Below are positions 25,668 to 32,000 of a stretch of 32,000 nucleotides of DNA, piece by piece. Within the stretch, counting starts at the first letter, position 1. Every line of letters starts with the position of its first letter. Origin of the DNA: Raphidiopsis brookii D9 (GTDB lineage: Bacteria; Cyanobacteriota; Cyanobacteriia; Cyanobacteriales; Nostocaceae); NCBI GenBank assembly GCA_000175855.1, contig ACYB01000022.1:30001-62000 (forward strand). The letters run 5' to 3'. Under the pieces are notes generated by a model. That model saw only the letters and a program-made list of their open reading frames with translations, was not told where the DNA came from and made no database searches. The position numbers and the translations under genes are program-made.

Positions 25668-26576
25668 TCATAGACAAGCAGCAATAGTAGCTCTAACTGA
25701 TTTAGACAAGGATTCCAAATCATAACCACCTTCTAAACCAAAGAGAATTTTTCGGGTAACGCCCAGGCAATACTGAGTAAATAAACCAAAATCTTCCGGT
25801 TGCAACCGGACACTGGCGAGGGGATCATTTTCTAGTGCGTCATAACCAGCACTGATAATTAATATATCTGGGTTAAAACTTTTTAAAAACGGTAGGATTT
25901 GAGATTTCCATAGGGGTTGATAATCATTAATATCACTACCGGGTGCTAAGGGTAAATTTAAAACATTTTGATGGAAGCCATTTTCCGTAGCTTTTCCTGT
26001 TCCTGGATAAGCAGGATACTGATGTAGAGAACAATAGGCAATTTCCCGATAGCCCTCCACTATGGATTGGGTACCATTACCATGATGTACATCCCAGTCT
26101 AAAATGGCAACTCGATTAATTCCTGGTTGTTTTAAAGCATACAAAGCAGAAATAGCAGCATTAGAAAATAAACAGAATCCCATACCCACACTACTTTCAG
26201 CGTGGTGTCCCGGTGGACGTGCCAGGACAAAAGCGGGGTTTTTCTCAATCAATACCTGATTTATCCCATCTAACCAGGCGCTGACGGCTAATAAAGCTAC
26301 ATCATAACTACGGGGAGAAATGGGAGTATCTCCATCCAAATAGCCTCTTTGACCAGCCATCTGTGCCAGTTTATGAATATAATTCCGACTATGGGCCATT
26401 TCTATCCAAGACATTAACTGGGGATTAACCGGGGTGGGAGATAACCACTGGATTTTTTGGGCAAATTCTGCTGTTTTCAAAGATTGGACAATTGCTGTTA
26501 ACCTTTCTGGTCTTTCTGGGTGATAGCTCCCAGTTTGATGGTCTAAAAATTCTGGAGAATAGATGACTGGTAACAT
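25668..26576 (-). CDS. histone deacetylase family protein (arginase/deacetylase superfamily)
   Basis: HPERPERLTAI, RPPGHHAESSVGMGFCLFSNAAI, ILDWDVHHGNGTQ, ISAGYDALENDPLA. Confidence 0.95.
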   Translation of the reverse strand: MLPVIYSPEFLDHQTGSYHPERPERLTAIVQSLKTAEFAQKIQWLSPTPVNPQLMSWIEMAHSRNYIHKLAQMAGQRGYLDGDTPISPRSYDVALLAVSAWLDGINQVLIEKNPAFVLARPPGHHAESSVGMGFCLFSNAAISALYALKQPGINRVAILDWDVHHGNGTQSIVEGYREIAYCSLHQYPAYPGTGKATENGFHQNVLNLPLAPGSDINDYQPLWKSQILPFLKSFNPDILIISAGYDALENDPLASVRLQPEDFGLFTQYCLGVTRKILFGLEGGYDLESLSKSVRATIAACL

Positions 26577-27062
26577 GGACGGGGAAAGAAAAATACTCAG
26601 GTTCTATTATCTAAGATTAACTTACCTAGCATGTTTTTACTAAAATCTAGTATGTTCACCCTCCAAATTCTATACTGAGGGAGGGAACCATCTGTTTAAC
26701 TGAGATTTTTCCTGCCATTAAAACTCAATTAAAACTAAATTTCCTATACAACAACATTCTAATCAATTAGAAACTCTGCATTCCGGAATTATAGGGTTGA
26801 AATTAACCAAAAATAAACATAGGTTTTTCCGGATCTATCGGATGTTATGTTCGCCCTTAACTATTCTCTATTGTCTATTATTACCTCTTGATGATGTTTA
26901 GTGATACAATATCTGTGTTTAGCCATTTTGACCACAAGTTTTAGCAAGAATGTGTTAAAATCATAGCTAAAACATGACAACTTTTCAAAATTAGTTGGAA
27001 ATAATTTTGCATTTTGTCAACTAACCAGGTTAAAATGTAGGATTTTTGGAGTTTTAAAGTCT

Positions 27063-29630
27063 ATGACAACCTCACAGGAGAGGATTATCCCGACCGATTT
27101 ACGACAAGAGATGTCACAATCTTACCTAGAATACGCTATGAGCGTCATTGTCGGTCGGGCGCTACCAGACGCTAGAGATGGTCTTAAACCTGTACACCGC
27201 CGCATCCTCTATGCTATGCACGAACTGGGTTTATTACATGATCGCCCCTTTAGAAAGTGCGCTCGTGTGGTGGGGGAAGTACTGGGTAAATATCACCCCC
27301 ATGGTGACACCGCTGTATATGATGCTCTGGTGCGAATGGCACAGGATTTTTCCATGCGATCGCCTCTGATTAATGGTCATGGTAACTTTGGATCAATTGA
27401 CAATGATCCACCAGCAGCGATGCGATATACGGAATGTCGTCTTCAAGCTTTAACCAGTTCGTCTCTGTTACAAGATATTGAGTCAGAAACTGTTGATTTT
27501 ATTGATAACTTCGATGGTTCCCAACAAGAACCAACGGTTTTACCTTCCCGAATTCCCCAGTTACTGCTCAATGGTTCCTCGGGAATTGCTGTGGGAATGG
27601 CGACTAATATTCCTCCCCATAATTTGGGAGAACTGATAGATGGATTGGTAGCACTGATTCATAATCCAGAAATAACAGATACTCAGTTAATGCAGTATGT
27701 TCACGGTCCCGACTTTCCCACAGGGGCGCAAATTCTAGGAACATCAGCCATTAAGGAAGCTTACACCACCGGTAGAGGATCAATTACTATGCGGGGTGTG
27801 GCTACAATTGAAACCATTCAGCAACGTAACCGACCGGAAAGAGAAGCAATCATTATTACTGAATTACCCTACCAAACTAATAAAGCAGCATTAATTGAAA
27901 AAATCGCTGAGTTGGTTAATGATAAGAAAATTGACGGAATTGCGGATATTCGAGATGAGAGCGATCGCGATGGTATGCGCATTGTTATTGAACTAAAACG
28001 CGACTCCTATCCCCGTGTAGTATTAAATAACCTTTATAAACAAACTCCGTTGCAAACCAATTTTGGTGCCAATATGTTGGCTTTGGTAAATGGAGAACCT
28101 CAAATACTAACTCTCAAGAATTTTCTCACAGTCTTTCTGGATTTTCGCATAGAAACAATTAATAGGCGTACTCGTTACCAACTCAGAAAGGCTGAGGAAA
28201 GAGACCATTTATTACAGGGTTTATTAATTGCGCTTGCCCATTTAGATTCAATTATTAATCTAATTAGAAATGCTCCAGATGCGCCCACTGCTAAAGGAGA
28301 ATTAATTAATAGCTATGGTCTATCAGAGGTTCAAGCAGATGCGATACTACAGATGCAGTTACGAAGATTAACAGCTTTAGAAGCAGATAAAATTCGCCTG
28401 GAACACGAAGAATTGCAGTTACAAATTACTGACCTGCGGGATATTTTGGACAGACGAGAAAGAGTACTAGAAATTATCGAGACTGAAGCTGGGCAAATTA
28501 AAACCCAGTTTACTACACCCAGACGCACAACTATTACCCATGCAGAAGGGGAAATAGATGATATTGATCTAATTGCCAATGAAAAGGTTCTAATTCTGCT
28601 GACGCAGCAAGGTTACATCAAGCGGATGCCAGTTAGTACCTTTGAATCGCAAAATCGAGCTACTAGAGGTAAAGCGGGAGCTAAAGTTAAGGAAGATGAT
28701 ACTATTGAGCATTTCCTAACTTGCTGTGATCATGATAGTGTTTTATTCTTTAGTGATAGGGGTGTGGTGTATAGTCTCAAAGCCTATCAAATACCAGAGG
28801 GTTCACGCACTAGCAGGGGTACACCCATTGTTCAGATGTTACCTATACCCAAGGAAGAGAAAATTACTTCCATTGTATCTGTAAGCGAATTTAGCAGTGA
28901 AGAATATTTAGTTATGTTGACCAAGGGGGGTAACATCAAAAAAACGGCCTTGGAAGCATTCAGCAATATTCGCGCCAATGGATTAATAGCTATATCCCTA
29001 GAAGAAGGAGATCAACTACGATGGGTAAGACGAGCTAAACCGGAAGATAGTGTGATGATTGGTTCAAGACAGGGAATGGCCATTCACTTCCGCTGTGACA
29101 ATGATCAAATGCGTCCGCTAGGTAGAGCTACCCGTGGAGTTAAATCCATGAAACTGAAAACGGGAGATGAATTGATTGGCATGGATATATTGCCTGCTGC
29201 AATTCTTAACACCCTAAATACGGAAATGGAAGAAGAACTCACAGAAGTTGAGGAAACCAGCGACAATATTGAAGAAACCTCTAATATCTTAGGTCCATGG
29301 GTACTAATTATTACCATAGGAGGTTATGGTAAGCGAGTGCCAGTGGGACAATTTAGACTTCAGAACCGAGCAGGTCAGGGACTTACAGCGACGAAATTCA
29401 AAAACCGCAAAACCAAAGACCAACTAGCAACTTTGCGTATAGTTAACCCTGACGAAGAAATCATGATGGCCACCAATCGTGGTATAATCATTCGTCAGTC
29501 AATAAATGCCATTTCTATCCAGTCCCGCACAGCTACAGGTGTGAGAGTGCAAAAACTAGATGAAGATGACGCAATTACTGGAGTAGCAGTGGTTCCCCCC
29601 GATGCTGGAGATGGTGAAGAGTCCGAGTAA
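27063..29630 (+). CDS. gyrA: type IIA DNA topoisomerase subunit A (annotated-type gyrase A)
   Basis: [38 protein letters not shown] active-site region, C-terminal beta-pinwheel repeats. Confidence 0.93.
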   Translation: MTTSQERIIPTDLRQEMSQSYLEYAMSVIVGRALPDARDGLKPVHRRILYAMHELGLLHDRPFRKCARVVGEVLGKYHPHGDTAVYDALVRMAQDFSMRSPLINGHGNFGSIDNDPPAAMRYTECRLQALTSSSLLQDIESETVDFIDNFDGSQQEPTVLPSRIPQLLLNGSSGIAVGMATNIPPHNLGELIDGLVALIHNPEITDTQLMQYVHGPDFPTGAQILGTSAIKEAYTTGRGSITMRGVATIETIQQRNRPEREAIIITELPYQTNKAALIEKIAELVNDKKIDGIADIRDESDRDGMRIVIELKRDSYPRVVLNNLYKQTPLQTNFGANMLALVNGEPQILTLKNFLTVFLDFRIETINRRTRYQLRKAEERDHLLQGLLIALAHLDSIINLIRNAPDAPTAKGELINSYGLSEVQADAILQMQLRRLTALEADKIRLEHEELQLQITDLRDILDRRERVLEIIETEAGQIKTQFTTPRRTTITHAEGEIDDIDLIANEKVLILLTQQGYIKRMPVSTFESQNRATRGKAGAKVKEDDTIEHFLTCCDHDSVLFFSDRGVVYSLKAYQIPEGSRTSRGTPIVQMLPIPKEEKITSIVSVSEFSSEEYLVMLTKGGNIKKTALEAFSNIRANGLIAISLEEGDQLRWVRRAKPEDSVMIGSRQGMAIHFRCDNDQMRPLGRATRGVKSMKLKTGDELIGMDILPAAILNTLNTEMEEELTEVEETSDNIEETSNILGPWVLIITIGGYGKRVPVGQFRLQNRAGQGLTATKFKNRKTKDQLATLRIVNPDEEIMMATNRGIIIRQSINAISIQSRTATGVRVQKLDEDDAITGVAVVPPDAGDGEESE

Positions 29631-31236
29631 ACAAATACAAGAAAAGTTACAACCTATACTTTTCTATATAGTACCTTTAAGTAGTGGCATTTTGATGGGA
29701 GTCACTGTTGCTCCTATCAATGCTTGGTTTTTAGCCTGGATCACCCTGGCTCCATTATGGGTAATCGTGGTAAAATATACTCGAAAATCCCTCCTTTCAG
29801 CTTGCTGGTGGGCGATCGCCTATCATGGAATGGCTTTATCATGGATTACAGGTATTCACCCCATGAATTGGCTAAATGTTCCCTGGTGGCCAAGTTTATT
29901 AATTACCATCTTTTGCTGGTCATTTATTACCTTGTGGGGAGCATTATTAGTTGGACTATGGGCATTTTTGATGGTTAGGTTAAATCCTCAAAAACCCTGG
30001 TTACGAGTTTTAATCGGTACAGCTTTGTGGTGCGGATTAGAAAGTTGGTGGAGTACAGGTTCCCTATGGTGGAGTTCTTTATCTTACACACAGTCACCGT
30101 ACAATTTAGCACTTTTGCATTTGGGGCAACTTTCCGGTCCTAATACTATTACAGCAGTAATTGTAGCTGTTAATGGACTAATAGGTGAAGCATGGATATG
30201 GCAAAATCAGAAAAAACGAGAAGTAATCAGTACAGGCAAACAGTTAAAGGGAGTTACTAGGTTTAATAAAGTAGTAATAGGGGTGATTAATAGATATTCT
30301 ATTTCAGGACTTGTTTTATTAATTGTCTCCCATATTTTAGGATCAATTCTATATTTCCAGCCATATTCTCAACCACTGAATAATCGGCAAAATTCGGGTT
30401 TAAAAATAGGGATTATTCAGGGTAACATTCCCAATGAAATCAAATTGCTTCCCCTAGGATTTACCAGAGCAATTACAGGTTATACTAATGGTTATATCAA
30501 CCTAGCAAATCAAGGAGTAGACGGAGTATTAACCCCTGAAGGTGCTTTACCATTATACGATAAGAATTTGTCTAATACACCTCTGTTGGATGCAGTTAAA
30601 CAAAAAGGAGTGGTGGTTTGGATAGGGGGTTTTGGAAGAACTGGAACCAGCTACACCAACAGTTTATTTAATATCAATAGTCAGGGACAAATTACCAGTA
30701 GATATGATAAATCTAAACTAGTTCCCTTGGGTGAATTTGTACCTTTTGCCGAGATTTTTGGCAATTTAGTCAAGAGACTATCACCTCTGGATGAACACCA
30801 AATACATGGCGCTAAACAACAAGTTTTTGATACTCCATTAGGTAGAGCAATTGTTGGCATTTGTTACGAATCTGCTTTTACAGAAATATTTAGATACCAA
30901 GCTAAGAATGGGGGAGAATTCATTTTAAGTTCATCCAATGATGCTCATTACACAGCAGCAATGGCGGATCAACACCATGCCCAAGATATAATGAGAGCAA
31001 TTGAAACAGATAGGTGGGCAGTTAGGTCTACCAACACAGGTTATTCAGCCTTTGTGGACCCCCATGGTAGAACCTTATGGAAGTCGGGATATAATGTTTA
31101 TGAAACTCATGCAGAAACTATTTATCCACTTCAAACCCAAACCTTGTATGTGCGATTCGGTGACTGGATTATGCCCTTACTACTAGTGTTAGCAGCACTG
31201 GGACTTATATATAAGTCCTTAGTTCAAATTTTATAA
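29602..31236 (+). CDS. lnt: apolipoprotein N-acyltransferase (start may be GTG 29614)
   Basis: Multi-TM N-terminus plus nitrilase-like domain: [50 protein letters not shown]. Confidence 0.9.
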   Translation: MLEMVKSPSKQIQEKLQPILFYIVPLSSGILMGVTVAPINAWFLAWITLAPLWVIVVKYTRKSLLSACWWAIAYHGMALSWITGIHPMNWLNVPWWPSLLITIFCWSFITLWGALLVGLWAFLMVRLNPQKPWLRVLIGTALWCGLESWWSTGSLWWSSLSYTQSPYNLALLHLGQLSGPNTITAVIVAVNGLIGEAWIWQNQKKREVISTGKQLKGVTRFNKVVIGVINRYSISGLVLLIVSHILGSILYFQPYSQPLNNRQNSGLKIGIIQGNIPNEIKLLPLGFTRAITGYTNGYINLANQGVDGVLTPEGALPLYDKNLSNTPLLDAVKQKGVVVWIGGFGRTGTSYTNSLFNINSQGQITSRYDKSKLVPLGEFVPFAEIFGNLVKRLSPLDEHQIHGAKQQVFDTPLGRAIVGICYESAFTEIFRYQAKNGGEFILSSSNDAHYTAAMADQHHAQDIMRAIETDRWAVRSTNTGYSAFVDPHGRTLWKSGYNVYETHAETIYPLQTQTLYVRFGDWIMPLLLVLAALGLIYKSLVQIL

Positions 31237-31261
31237 TAGTGTTGTAATTACGCTTTGCATA

Positions 31262-31999
31262 CTAACTACTTAAAGCCTTAATAAATCTTTGTAAGCTTTT
31301 AAACACACTGGTTCTTTTGCTTGTTACAATCCCGGTTTCCGGTTGTCCCTTGATTAAAATTGAGTCTATCTCATCTCCAGAAGGTTTTTGAGGTAGTTCG
31401 GCAATTTTTCGGTACTCACCATCGGTTTCTAACCATATTTCCCAGTTTCCGGGATAGGAACGCATGAGGGCGCTTTGTTCATCAATAGGACGTAGATAAT
31501 AGCAAGATTCAATGGTACTAATAAAACGCCTGCGGGTTTCCCGTGCAGCATAACCAATACCCACCACACTAGAGTCTTCCAACCGGGGATTTAACATCAC
31601 AAAAGGACGTTCACCAATGATTTGACAGAGTTTTTCCAATTGAGCTACTTCCACCGAGGTGGGAGCTATGAACAGGAAAATCTCATCCTCTGGTTGAATT
31701 TTTGATTCTGAAGAAGCAGCTCTTCCCGTACCGATATCCATAATTTTGAAGGGTATATCACCCCAATCTCGACGAGCTAAAGCAGCAGCACCCGCATCAG
31801 CAAAAAAGACCTTGAGACCAGATTCATATTCGGTAAATAGGGGGAGAAATTGTTCAGCGACTGGCATAAATTGCAGTTCTGGGAAAAGCAACTCTACCTG
31901 TATTCGCGTTTTACCATCAGACAAAGCCGATTTTGCCGCTGCACGGGATTGGGCAATTGCTTCTTCTAGGGTTTTGGGTAGTTCAGTCAAGGTAGCCAT
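31262..31999 (-). CDS. DUF1995 family protein
   Basis: MATLTELPKTLEEAIAQSRAAAKSALSDGKTRIQVELLFPEL...; pattern typical of the cyanobacterial/plastid DUF1995 (LPA3-like) family. Confidence 0.8.
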   Translation of the reverse strand: MATLTELPKTLEEAIAQSRAAAKSALSDGKTRIQVELLFPELQFMPVAEQFLPLFTEYESGLKVFFADAGAAALARRDWGDIPFKIMDIGTGRAASSESKIQPEDEIFLFIAPTSVEVAQLEKLCQIIGERPFVMLNPRLEDSSVVGIGYAARETRRRFISTIESCYYLRPIDEQSALMRSYPGNWEIWLETDGEYRKIAELPQKPSGDEIDSILIKGQPETGIVTSKRTSVFKSLQRFIKALSS

Positions 32000-32000
32000 G

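Overview
This window is cyanobacterial chromosome. Evidence includes many GCGATCGC (HIP1) sites, a cyanobacterial-type rRNA operon, and cyanobacterial forms of FtsH, a TLP40-like peptidyl-prolyl isomerase and DUF1614/DUF1995 proteins. Most of it is housekeeping: ftsH, efp, accB, proS, tRNA-Ser(CGA), comEC, glyQ, a complete 16S/tRNA-Ile/tRNA-Ala/23S/5S operon, a SagB-like oxidoreductase, a photolyase-related protein, murF, an HDAC-family deacetylase, gyrA-like, lnt and DUF1995. The best candidate for an accessory or conflict system is at the left edge. A long minus-strand ORF, cut by the window start and missing from the ORF track, carries a KGGVGRT variant SIMIBI P-loop and a second, C-terminal P-loop (GAKGSGKT). 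It sits 16 bp downstream of a small HEPN-like ORF, and a 32-bp near-perfect palindrome lies upstream of the pair. Other notable items are apparent one-base homopolymer frameshifts in a DUF1614 gene and in murF, rRNA processing stems and repeated boxA-like elements, an untracked 45-aa single-TM ORF, and a non-canonical GyrA-box.
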